From assembly GCA_023920165.1 (NCBI GenBank), contig CP089279.1, positions 682,001 to 746,000 on the forward strand: 64,000 nt of DNA. Reading direction: 5' to 3'. The translations under genes were made by a program, and so were the position numbers. This document shows, in pieces, positions 14,111 to 26,258 of the stretch (position 1 is its first letter; each line of letters begins with the position of its first letter). This stretch comes from Curvularia clavata. Lineage: Eukaryota. Under the pieces are notes generated by a model that was not told the origin of the DNA, did not search any database, and saw nothing but the letters and a program-made list of their open reading frames with translations.

Positions 14111-14991
14111 GCGCAGGTCCTGGGTAGGCAACGGCGAACCTCTGACCAAGGTTGAGGACTTCACGGACTGGCGTTTTGGCATGCATTTACAGACTTGTTG
14201 AGGGCTTGCTTTGATGCAACGCCAACAACTACATGCATATCTTGTTCGTCTAAGGTATGGAAGAGAGGTGTACTGCTTAGGCGGAGTCGACGAACATGAC
14301 GGGTGCGAGGCGGAATTTATGACTAACGACCAGCTCATGGGATTACGGCGTAAGCTTTGATACTTGTAGAACCATAGTGAATGTACACATTCGCTCTATT
14401 TGGGGAATTAATCAACGGTAGAGTTTGATTGTCTTCATTCAGTGAGACCCATTATGAATCGAGGTTAAGAATTCACAGAATTCTGTTTGGTTTGATTCTT
14501 CAGAAACTCGACGGCGTATGTGCATAGCCGGATGTACATGAAGCGAGATAACAAGGGTGCACCAATGAACGACCCAGTCACGTGCTGATAAGGCATATCA
14601 ACGCCGCGCTGACGTTTGCGCTGGAGTGCGGCCGTCTCATCTCCCAAACTTACTTCATTCACGGCCACACACTGCCACGCTGCGCAAAGGAGCTTTTTCG
14701 ACCTGACGAGATTTTCGCGCTACTTGTGAAGCGATCGCGGCCTTGATGCATAAAATGACGTGCAGTCAATGATACCAACTTCTTCGTTGCGTCTTCTCCG
14801 CAGTACTCCGACTCTGAAGTTGTGCTTTTCCCCAGTGAAGCATCCGTCATTGCCTCTCGCATCCTTGACATACGCCCGAGCAACCGCCACTGGCCCTTTT
14901 CATATGCGCCTGCACAAGAGCTGTTAATCTGCGGCAATCGACTGTAACACGCACCTCTCGCCAATCATCCGCTCCACTCTCACTCGACACA

Positions 14992-17900
14992 ATGGGCCGT
15001 TCAACGATTCCTTCCGCGCTCAGCGAGCTCGCCAACCCCAACACGCTCGAGACACAGGTCGCAGCGCTTCAAAATCTGAAGAATGAGATTGTCGGACATG
15101 GGCAGAGAAAGGAATTGGCAGTTACACATGGTATTGTGAAACCACTCGCTGGTTTACTACGAGCGGAGGCCAGAAAGGGCGGGAAGAGGAGAAGGAATGT
15201 CAGAAATGGGGACAGCTCTGGCCTGTTCGGTGAGACCACTGGATTGGAAGACTGGACAAGCGAAGATGAATTGAGGTTTCAAGCCACGCTTGTGGTCGGC
15301 AGCCTTGCGAATGGTGAGCGCGCAACACGAAAAGATGATGCGAAGGAGCACCTTGACTGATATATAAGACATATAGGCGGACCAGCGTTCGTCGCGCCAT
15401 TACTAGCAGGCAATGTACTACCTCCACTACTCGAAGCGCTGCGGCCGAGCGAAACGCCCTCCAAACTCGTTACCGCGACCATAAAGACGCTCAATCAGAT
15501 TGTCGACGCTGTCGCCCAAGAGAAGCCGTGGCCGGACATTTCAGACTCGTCAACGTCATCTCTATCCTCTGCTGTTAATGAGGCTATATACACAAGACCG
15601 GCTGTTGAGAGTTTGTCTGAGATTCTGGCGCAATCGGGAGGCACCATGAAGGTCAATCAGCAGATCGAATCAGCAATCCGGCTGATTATGAAGACTTGCC
15701 GGGAAGAGAGCCACAAGAGACTCCTAGTTGACAATGACGTACTTGATCTTCTCGCTGAGAAACTTGCGGCTGTCGCAGTTCTGGACGATTGCATCCCAGT
15801 GCCAGACGCAAAGCGGTCGAGTCTTGAGCAGTTTCCTTGCGCGTCCTTATCCGATATTCTGGAGGCGATCTCGGCCATTATCAAGGACTCTCACTTTTAT
15901 ACCGCTCGATTCCTCTATTCACAGCCGATGCAGCAGCTCTTTGGCTGGCCAAAGGAACGCTCTACTACAGCTTTCGAAGGAAGCAACACCTCGCAACCAG
16001 CTTCATGGGACAGACTGATACCACGAGTTCAGACCATGGCAAGCAAATCGGATCCGTACGTTAGGCAATGGCCGGCTCTTGGTGCTTACTCCTCTGGCGC
16101 TGGAGACGACTATTCTCGCCTTCCGAGCATGGAGTCGATACAGCACAATTCAAGCAGAAGCGCCATCTCGGATGAATCCGAGTCTCCACTCTTCATATGG
16201 CTCATGTATGTGGCGCGAAAAGGGGAGGATAGAGAGCGCCTCTCTGCTTGTTGGCTGCTGGCATTGCTAAAGAAGTTCGGCGAGCGATGGCCGCTAAATG
16301 ATCCATCAAAAGCAACACGCGAGCGACATTTCTCGTATCTGGTCATTCCGCTGGTTGAGAAAATGATTGAGGATTCAAATCCAACATCAGAGCAAGCGAA
16401 GAAAGTGAGCACTATGGGTAAGGCAGCCAGAGATGAACTGCGCTTTGTGCTGGAGCGCTCACCCATCGTTCTTGCGGAGCTGGTTACCGGAAACAAGACG
16501 CTTCAGACGGCCGCTGTTCATTCACGGACCTTGCCAACTCTGATACAGATTTTGAAGAAGTCGTTCGACATACCGGCGACGTCGTCAAAGCCTCTCTGGC
16601 AACCCAAACCATCATCTCAGGAAGTCAAGGAACCCAATATCGACCCTGCCTCGTCGACCCTGGGTCGACCTGGACTTAGCCTAGACGTCCTGCACGCCTT
16701 CAAATACCGAGAAAGCGCTCTGCTGGCACTAGCAGCAATGGCAGGTGATCAAGATTCGCTGAGAAAGATGGTAATCGAGATGGGCGTGGCAACGCACATC
16801 ATAGAAGCTCTCGTCCCGTACAACGAGAACAGCGAACCGGGCACGTCGCCTTCACCAAAGGACGGTAACCCTGACGCTGTCTTGATTGCTGCATGCAAGC
16901 TCACCCGGTCACTATCAAGATCAGTCAGTGTTCTCCGGACGAGCCTCATCGACCATGGTGTGGCGCAGCCAATCTTTGAGCTCTTGACACACGCAAATGT
17001 CAAGGTGCAGATTGCAGCTACTGAGGTCATTACTAACCTGGTGCTGGATGTATCACCTATGCGAACCGTAAGCAGATCTAGACGTTTTTTTGCTTCCAAG
17101 CTGACAACAAGCAGGAAATTCTCGAGTCTGGGGTTCTAGGCACACTCTGCGAGCAGTGTCGATCGGCTAACTTTGATCTCCGTTTTGGGAGTCTCTGGGC
17201 CCTGAAGCACTTGTGCCTTGGACTGCCTCATGCTATGAAGATACAGTGTCTAGAGGAGCTGGGGGTAGGCTGGCTTGTACAAGTGCTCAACGGAGAGCCC
17301 TCAAAGCCTGCCATGGGAACACCAAACGCAGCAGGAGAGCAAGTCGATATACTTAATGCAGTTGATGAGCCGCATATGGATGTAGACGATGAGCTAGGTT
17401 CCGAAGATGACGACGATGCGATGACCGAAAGCATACCATCAATGCGTCGACACCAACGGCACGGCTCTCGATACACCAGTGCGACCAATATTCGAGATCG
17501 GTTACAACAAATCAAGAATGACGAGCAAGACCACCGACTCAATAGCGAGCGCGACGACATTCGCATACAAGAACAAGCCCTTGACTTTATCCGCAATTTT
17601 GTTTCTGAGGATAAGGCCTCTGGTGAGATGATCGACCACTTACTCAAGACCTTTGGACACAGCCGCTTCTTCGAGATTCTTGACGCCAAAATCCGGCCCA
17701 AGAACTCTTCCTCCGCCTCATCATCACAGTCACAAGCCAGCCCCAGCACCCCCAGCTACTGGCAAAGCAGCAGCCAACGCACGCCCTTTTCCTCGTCCAC
17801 CAGCCATCTCGGTCAGACGAACTGGGCCGCCTACCCAGCTTCCGAGCTCATCCTTGCAACAATCTTCATCCTCATCCATCTAGCTAACGGCCGGCCCCAG

Positions 17901-18326
17901 CACCGCTCTCTGCTCATAGCCCAAACAGCACTCATGCAACACGTGCTCCCGCTCTTTGCCCACCCCCGCCGCGACATCCGCGTAGCCTGCGCCTGGATGC
18001 TGCATAATCTTGTCTGGGTGGAAGACCACACCGATGAAGCAGCGACGCGTGAGCGCGCACTTAGTCTCCGTCAACTCGGGTTCGAAGAAGGCGCTAAGCA
18101 GCTCAGTCGCGATATGGATCTCGATGTGAAGCAGCGGGCGATTGTCAGCGTAGAGCAGTTTGAGAAGCTGTTGAATGGTGGAGGTAGTGGGCGCGGGACG
18201 TATGCACCAGGTGGTGGCGGGTATGGTAGTGCTAGTGGTGGAGGGGAAGGTGCAGCGGGGATGGGAAGTATGGGGAGGGGATTGAGCGGGCTTCATGGAT
18301 GGGGGCATCGGGATCCTAGGGGTTGA
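14992..18326 (+). CDS. Armadillo-repeat protein, ARMC8/Vid28 (GID/CTLH complex)-like
   Basis: LQNLKNEIVGHGQRK and ACKLTRSLSRSVSVLRTSLIDHGV motifs typical of ARMC8/Vid28. Introns about 15314-15376 and 17068-17114. Confidence 0.85.
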
Positions 18327-18672
18327 AGGGACGATTCAATGTGGAACTAGTATCACTCTTTTCCCCCGTCTTTCCACTTGCGTAGATGGAGGTTGAGACT
18401 CTACGTTTATACGTATTCGTTTCGTCTTTCTTTTCTTCCTTTGATATCATGTTGTTTGTTCGTTTATTCTCATTCGTACGTTAGGATCAAGCAAGCACGC
18501 GTGTGTACAGTATAGAGAATGTGAGAACGGGACGGGATAGCGCTTTTTGGCATTTCTTTTCTTCATTCATACTCAAACAATTTGTAACGGCATTGATTGC
18601 CAAAGTTTTCCTACACAGAAACCCTAGACGTATATATGAACAATATCTACTAAAATCTAACCGCAAGCTTCT

Positions 18673-20010
18673 CTATACCCACTCCTTTGGCTTCCTCAAC
18701 ACCTCCAGTAGCCGCTCTTCTCTGCTGCCCTTTTCAGGCGCATGCATGTACTGCCACCTGGCGGTGAGCGGCAAGCTCATGAGAATACTCTCGACTCTTG
18801 AGCCTGGAGTGTTAAGACCGAAAGCTGTACCGCGATCATGAACAAGGTTAAACTCTACGTATCGTCCTCTGCGAATCTGCTGCCACTGCTTCATTTCGGG
18901 GGTAAATGGCATATCTTTTCTCCTGTTGATGATGGGGATGTAGGAAGGCAGGAAGGCGGAGAGACAGTCTTGGACAAAGGAAAAAAGTTGTTCCTGGTCT
19001 TTCTCTGTCTCGTCGAGGTCGTCGAAGAAGATGCCGCCTACACCACGGGTCTCACCGCGGTGCTTGTTGTTGAAGTACTCGTCGCACCATTTTTTGAAGC
19101 GCGGGTAGTATGCTTTGTCGTGCTTGTCGCAGGCTTGCTTGATGGTGCCGTGGAAGAGGATGGCGTCTTCATCGTAGAGGTACGAGGGTGTGAGGTCGCA
19201 GCCGCCGCCGTACCACCAGGCATTCGTGTTTCCGAATTCGTCGGCCGTCTCGAAGTAACGGTAGTTGAGGTGGACGGTGGGCGCGTTGGGGTTGTGGGGG
19301 TGCAGGACCATGGAGAGGCCGGCGGCGAAGAAGGCAAGAGAATCGACGTCTGGGTCAAGCGCCTTGTGGTTCACACGCATCTTTTGAATTGCTGCTCGTG
19401 GCAGCCGGCCGTACACGACCGACGTGTTGACGCCGCCCTTTTCGAAGACATTGCCGTCTTGCAGCACACAGGTAATGCCACCGCCGCCTTCGGGCCGGTC
19501 CCACGTGTCGATTTTGAATTTTTTGCCGTCGACCTTTTCCAGCTCAGCGACAATCTGCTTCTGGTGTTGTTTTATGAATTGCTCCATTCGCAAACGCATG
19601 GGCGATTTCTCAGATACGCCATTCTCACGCTTGAGGAGGGCATCTTTTTCGGCGATGGTGGGTGTGTCGGTCTTGATTGTGTCATCTGTCCACTAGGAAT
19701 GGGTTAGTAGGGATTTTGATGAATGATTTTCGACATCCAGACCTACCATAGTATACACAAGAGCTCCAATGAAGGGTACAAAGAGCAATCTTATCCTGTT
19801 GGGCCATTTGCTGGGTTCGGGGTTGCGCCATTCTTCCAGAGGATCCGGCTTCTCCGGCTTGCTGCTTCGGGGAAGATCTATGCGGCGGGCCTGGGAGGAA
19901 TGCAATTGTCTGCTGGGAATCCGACTCGTGCGTAGTGTGCGTTGCAATGTATAGTTGTGTGGAAGCTCAAGAGCCCGCGGAATGCGGAACGAGGGTCGGA
20001 AAGGACGCAT
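18673..20010 (-). CDS. HEM13: Coproporphyrinogen III oxidase (aerobic), with N-terminal presequence and TM exon
   Basis: [35 protein letters not shown] and [20 protein letters not shown] motifs. ATG at 20010; intron 19746-19693 joins exon 1 in frame to the 18673-19599 ORF. Confidence 0.95.
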
Positions 20011-21080
20011 GGCGGGCGGTGGCTGGCAGTAGACTAGAGTTGAACCATGAGAGAGGAAAAAAGAAGAAGAATTGAGTTTTATTAGAGTTGTAAGCACAGT
20101 CACCTATGCTGACAACTGGTCGCGCATCACACCATGGTGGGCGCATCGTCGGTGGAGCGCCTCGGTACTAGCGGTATCGGTACCTGCATAGTGCAAACAC
20201 TGCAAACACGTCGGTAACCAGGCTTTGGTAAGCACCACGGGGCTAGCGATGCTCGGACGTTTGCGTCATGTCTCGGGCCCCTGATTCGAGTCCCGCCGGT
20301 ACCCTGCACTCTGTACAGGACTGCTTTTTTGTTGCCTGGTGTCTTGTCGATTTGAAGAGACAGATGGATGATGTCTCGTATGACGTCCTCATACACCTGG
20401 GAAAGAAGCATTTCTTAGTGTCTATTGACGTCGAGTGATGGAAGGGACACGTCGCCTTGAGCGGCTAGACGTTGGCCATGATGGCAGCCAGCGCGGCTAC
20501 AAACGCGTCGGGCTGACGCAGGACACTCATAGCAATCGACTGTGGATATCGCGAGGGAACACTGCAGTGAATACCGAGTACCTATGAGTCAAGAGCAGGC
20601 AGATGGTCCCGTACCCAAGTACCCAGGTACCCAGGTCATGGGAGCTGAGCAAGTGACTTGGTTGGGGCGAGGCGGTCAGCACAGCCATCCAGGCGAGTCA
20701 CACCCCGGGCTGTGGCAGCAGAAGGGCGATGCTGCCATGACGAAAGGGCTGTGACAATGGTGTTGCAGGCACAACGGGCACTTGACTGGCGAGTGAAATG
20801 CTGGTCGTCTGGTGCGTGGCCAGTGACCTTGGGCTGGTGCTGGTGGCTGCGGGCGGTGGTTGGTTAGGTAAGGCGGCGGGAGTGATTCGCAGGTAGTAGC
20901 CCCGCTCTGCTGCCTGTGCTTAAGGTTCCCACACCGCACCTACGCCCTCCATCCTACTTACACCTCCGCCACACCCAATCTCACCACAACCAACTGCACT
21001 GCACCCTCGCGCAACACTACATAAAGCCTTGACCCCCTCAGACACACATACAACACCCGCTAGCCTTAGCAGCCTCCAAG

Positions 21081-21554
<474 letters not shown>

Positions 21555-23422
21555 GCAGCTCGCTCCATCCCGCATTCCCCTTATCTATCGGCTGTCGAGA
21601 CAGCGGCGAACTCTGGCGTTTTCGGTTTATGGGTTTCTTTGATATTCATGGCAACAGTATACCGGGCTAGGATGATTGATTAGTATTGATAGCAGACGGC
21701 TGGTGCAGCGGCGATTCTCCCAGCACCCTAGTCCAGTTAACTACTACCAGGGTCTGGGAGGGTGGACAAAGCAAAGCGGAGGCGCCACGGAATGGCACGG
21801 AAACAAGGCCCATCTGTGCAAGCAAGGTTCGCCGCCATGCAGTATGGTGGCCAGGCAGATGGGCGTCCTCTCGAGATGCCCGTGTAGTTCGATTATTTCG
21901 CTCTAGCCAGAATGTACCAGACCTGTTCTCACTTGATTGCATGCACAGAATCTGTTCTACTTTGACTCTGCGTCATCCCTTGCATATCCTCGTGAATGTA
22001 CCGTCTCGTACCTGACAAGGCAGCGTGACCTGCGGCTCATCCGGTCGTGCCTTTGAAACCCATGACGACATGGCTCACATGATAAGGAGCCGCATGCACG
22101 ACCCCCACCATTGCCACACGATGTTCACATAGCACAAGCATGCAAGGCACCGGGATGCCCTCAGCCAGAGAACGCAAGAAGGTTCCCGTGAACATTAGCA
22201 GTTCAGTGACCAGGCCGCCTGCGTGGAGACACCCGCATCCCGACGGCAATCGTGGGGAAAGCTACAGCGCCGGTGGTGAGCACGGGCCACAAACCACGGG
22301 AAATGCAGGGCGCAGTGGATCACGTTTTCAGCCGACGCAAGCTTGGGAAGAAGTTTATCGCAACCACCCCAACAAACACCGGATCCTACTAACGACCCTG
22401 CATTTCTGAAAGTCAAATAATCCATTGGTTCCCGCTAGAGAGAACTCATCTCAGAAATCGCCTAGTACTACACCTCTTCTTCCCCCGTCCCCTCACATAC
22501 AACCATGGCGCCACAATATATAATTTCAAAGTACGAGCCTTTCTTCTTTTTTTCCCCTCTGTTTTCTTTTTATTTCGCTTTTCTAAACAAAAAACTTCTT
22601 ATTCCGCGTGCTTCCATTCACTCACATTTTTTACTAATCCAAATAGACGACTGGATCCCATTTTCGCTATTTCAATTGGCCTCGCGGCAGCATTCACACG
22701 TATCAATCGTGAAGAGAAGGAAAAGGGGAGATCGACGCAAAAGAGCTTGGATGTGCTGAGGAGGAGGTGGAGGTTGGCGTGGGCAAATGGTGTAGAGAGT
22801 AAAAAGGTGTAGAAGAAGAGACGATGCATGTGAAAGAGTGTGATACGACATGATACTCCTGTTTTGTGTCCTCTCTAGAGAGAAAGAGTAGGATCAAAGA
22901 AGTTCACGCAGAAGCCAGTCCTGGGGAAATGTCAAGATGACGACCAGGATCTCAGGCATGCAGATCATGTACCATGACAGAAAGGACTTCCTGGAATGAG
23001 TCCAAGGGAAGAGACCTAGCATCATGAACTACAGATATTTCCAAAGACGCTGGAAATCTCAATCGTTGGGCAGAATCAGAGTCAGTGCAACAAATACATT
23101 CAGCACTTGTTGCACACTACAAAAATCATTGCCTTTTTATCGGTACATGTCTTGCTAGCACTATCCGTGTTTCTCTCTTTACCTGACGTCAATCTCGGAA
23201 CCAGGAAACAATAAGGTTTGGCCTGCTGAGTGAGCATCAACGCTAAGCTGACCCCGGTAACATTGCTCACCGCAACATCCATCCCTATATCTTCTATCTC
23301 CCACAGCTGGTAGGATCGAAAATCAGAACGAGTTCACCTACGAAGACAAACTATTAACATAGGAAATAATTTTCGGCAGTTCATTTACAAGTATTTGGTA
23401 CTAACACTGTCATCAAGTCCTA

Positions 23423-24895
23423 ATGAGCACCCTCGCAAATAACACTAACCCACTATGGTGGAAAGATCCTGGAATCCGGAAGCTCAATTTCCTCCTATTG
23501 ACGTCTTATCTTGGTGCAACAGGCGACGGATATGTCAATTCACTCATTTCTAGCCTCATCGCAAACCCCAGATATCTCTCCGACATCAAAGGACTTTTAG
23601 ATACCAGGGTCTTGGGACTTGTTGTTGCCTCTCATTCCCTAGGCTGCATTGCCGGCTTCTTGCCAGCACCATGGGTCTCCGAGCGATATGGTCGCCGAGC
23701 CGGTATCCTTGTCGGTAACATTGGCAGGCTTGCCGGATTCACAGGCCAAATATTCTGCAGAACATTTGAGCAGTTTCTTGCAATGCGCATGCTGGTCGGC
23801 TTTTCGAGCATGTTCAACACCATTTCATCGTCGGCGCTGCTGGTTGAACTTGCACATCCACGCCAAAGAGCCGTAGCTGGCGCCCTTTTCAACACATGCT
23901 ATTTCCTTGGCGCGGCCATAGCGGCGTGGACGTCATATGAGTCTTTGAAGATCCAGAGCGCGTGGTCATGGAAGTTGCCGGTTGCTGTTCAGCTCTTCTG
24001 GTCCGTGGCTCAACTTACGTTTTGTGCGTTCTGCCCAGAGTCACTTAGTTGGCTTGTACGGCATGGAAAAGAGGAAAAGGCCAAGGCAATTATGGTTCAC
24101 TATCATGCGAATGGGCGTGAGGATGACGAGCTGGTTTGTTCGGAAATGGCACGCATGAGTGCGGCGGTTAATGAGGCGAGGCAGACCACAGTGACTGGAT
24201 GGCGAGCTCTAGTTTCTACGCCCGGGAATCGCAGACGTCTTGTACTATCCATGGTAATTGCGGTATCAACACAGTGGGTCGGAAATGGCATCATTAGCTA
24301 CTATTTAGCACCTGTCTTACGGACCGTCGGCATCACAAACTCTTTTCGGCAACAGAGTATCAACGGTAGCCTGCAAATCTACAACTGGCTATTGGCTATC
24401 TGTGCAGCGCTGCTCTGCGAGAAAGCAGGCCGACGCCGTCTCTTCTTAACGTCGACAAGTACCATGCTTCTATTCATGGTCCTCGTTACTATTTGCTCGG
24501 CTTTATACTCGACTACAGGCTCAGCTTCCGCTGGATACGCAGTCATTGTCTTTCTCTTCTTGTTTCTTGGTGGCTACGTCATTGGACTCACGCCTATCCC
24601 CATTCTCTATGTCAACGAGATATGGCCTAGTCATCTCAGGACAAAAGGTACCAGCGTCTTCTGGGTCACGCAGGCGGTCGCAGTTTGCTTCAACCAGTTT
24701 GTGAATCCTGTGGCGCTAAGCAAGATTGCATGGCGATACTACCTGGTTTATGTGGGTGTGCTGGTGGCAGTCATGAATTTCATCTTCTTCTATGTGCCAG
24801 AGACTAAGGGGCTCTCGCGCGAGCAGGTGGGCGATATGTTTGATCGCCCGAGGCGCCATTCTATTGAGCTTGTGGATGTCAGGCCGGAGAGCTAG
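23423..24895 (+). CDS. MFS sugar porter (lactose/cellobiose permease-like), intronless
   Basis: 490 aa, about 12 hydrophobic segments, YGRR, ELAHP, PES, AGRRRLF and VPETKG sugar-porter signatures. Confidence 0.9.
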   Translation: MSTLANNTNPLWWKDPGIRKLNFLLLTSYLGATGDGYVNSLISSLIANPRYLSDIKGLLDTRVLGLVVASHSLGCIAGFLPAPWVSERYGRRAGILVGNIGRLAGFTGQIFCRTFEQFLAMRMLVGFSSMFNTISSSALLVELAHPRQRAVAGALFNTCYFLGAAIAAWTSYESLKIQSAWSWKLPVAVQLFWSVAQLTFCAFCPESLSWLVRHGKEEKAKAIMVHYHANGREDDELVCSEMARMSAAVNEARQTTVTGWRALVSTPGNRRRLVLSMVIAVSTQWVGNGIISYYLAPVLRTVGITNSFRQQSINGSLQIYNWLLAICAALLCEKAGRRRLFLTSTSTMLLFMVLVTICSALYSTTGSASAGYAVIVFLFLFLGGYVIGLTPIPILYVNEIWPSHLRTKGTSVFWVTQAVAVCFNQFVNPVALSKIAWRYYLVYVGVLVAVMNFIFFYVPETKGLSREQVGDMFDRPRRHSIELVDVRPES

Positions 24896-25151
24896 GGGTA
24901 ATAGCGTCTATGAATTAGAGATATCTGGTATGATGTATCGCCAAGAGTCAATCGTCACACATGACATGATATCCCAACGACGCTTGTCCTACTGAGCTAA
25001 CATGTCAAAGGAACTTCAGCACATCAAGCCATTCCAGGTACTTGATTATAAAGATTCTTTCTCTCTTATATCTCTCTTTCTCTATGACCATTACCGCTGT
25101 CAAACTACCCCATCGGATTGCTGGTCACTTCTACCAACCGATAGTGCATCT

Positions 25152-26030
25152 TCAACTAAAGTTAAGGTTTACCGTGCCTCCTGTGTTTGTCATCCCCGGA
25201 ATCACATTACGGCCTGAAATATTCCCATTGAACACAGCTCCATGATACGAATGCGTTGGTTGATTCTGGTTCTTCGATGCGGGCCCCTGGTTGGACAACT
25301 CAATCTCCCTCTGCAGCCGTGCAAACGCGTTCTTCCGGCCTTCTCCGTATATCAGAGACATGTGCACATTAAAGATGCCTAGCAACGAATATGCCAAGTC
25401 TTCGTCGCGCTTCGTCTCGCGCTGTCCTACCCAAGACATGCGCTCATCAACGCCAAATCCATCAAGTGGATTCCCTTGAAGAGCTTCGAGCTTGATATTG
25501 GTGATACTGTGGAGCTCGTGCAATAGAGTGTATTTGTCGCCGAGTAGCTGGCCTTCGGCTGAAAAGAAGTTGACCGATGCGGGTGCCACCAGCTCTTGAA
25601 GTGTCCAGCCTCTCTTGAACCATCTACTTTGCTGGAAAGCAGGATACCAGTCTTGCTGGGCGGGTGGTCCACTGGCTGGGGTGTTGGTTGAAACGTCAGC
25701 CAAGTAGACGTAGCATCGAGCAGCGTCGCGGTACCAGGCAAACATGGAGTTGATGGCCTCGGTGAGTTCTGCACTGCTCGACTTATCGATGCAGCAGGTG
25801 TCTATCCAAAAGTAACGAAGGCCATGCTCGGCAGCCTGGTCTGCGCAGAACTGAAGCTTCCGGTAGCCTGCCTTAGAAGTCCCCGTTCCTTTCTCCAGAT
25901 CAGCCAGAGTAACCTCATCGCGGTCTGCTCCCCATGTATGGGACAAGATGGCGTAACGGGGGATGGCGTCGCCTATGAACTCCTCCAGGATATAGCTGCC
26001 ATCATGAGTGTCGCGTCGCAGGAGGCGCAT
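25152..26030 (-). CDS. HET-domain (TIR-like) protein with a C-terminal putative amyloid motif
   Basis: MRLL start, YAILSHTWG, WIDTCCIDKSSSAELTEAINSMFAWY, SRWFKRGWTLQEL and DLAYSLLGIFNVHMSLIYGEG are HET-domain motifs. Ends in SYHGAVFNGNISGRNVIPGMTNTGGTVNLNFS*. Confidence 0.93.
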   Translation of the reverse strand: MRLLRRDTHDGSYILEEFIGDAIPRYAILSHTWGADRDEVTLADLEKGTGTSKAGYRKLQFCADQAAEHGLRYFWIDTCCIDKSSSAELTEAINSMFAWYRDAARCYVYLADVSTNTPASGPPAQQDWYPAFQQSRWFKRGWTLQELVAPASVNFFSAEGQLLGDKYTLLHELHSITNIKLEALQGNPLDGFGVDERMSWVGQRETKRDEDLAYSLLGIFNVHMSLIYGEGRKNAFARLQREIELSNQGPASKNQNQPTHSYHGAVFNGNISGRNVIPGMTNTGGTVNLNFS

Positions 26031-26258
26031 GCTGGAAAGAGCAGAATCAAACGATCACTTCTAAGATTACAAGGAAATGCAAAGTGTACGAGGTAGACAT
26101 GCATTCGAAACCACAGGTCATTTAACCGCGCAAGGCTGAGGCTGAGGCTGAGATTCGCTTGACACGTCGTAGTTGTCACAGCTACGCATCCTCCCAATCC
26201 TTCTACCCCTTACCACTACTTGATCACCAGATTCTACCACATCACCATCATATCATTG

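Noticed and set aside
18838..19707. 289-aa ORF on the plus strand
   Set aside because: Antisense shadow of HEM13, explained by codon bias.
22599..22829. Short minus-strand ORF with a signal-peptide-like start
   Set aside because: No convincing spliced continuation or recognisable motif.
26220..26258. ORF-track start of the NLR at a TTG
   Set aside because: Eukaryotic gene; the first ATG is 26259, which puts the shared motif at the extreme N-terminus.
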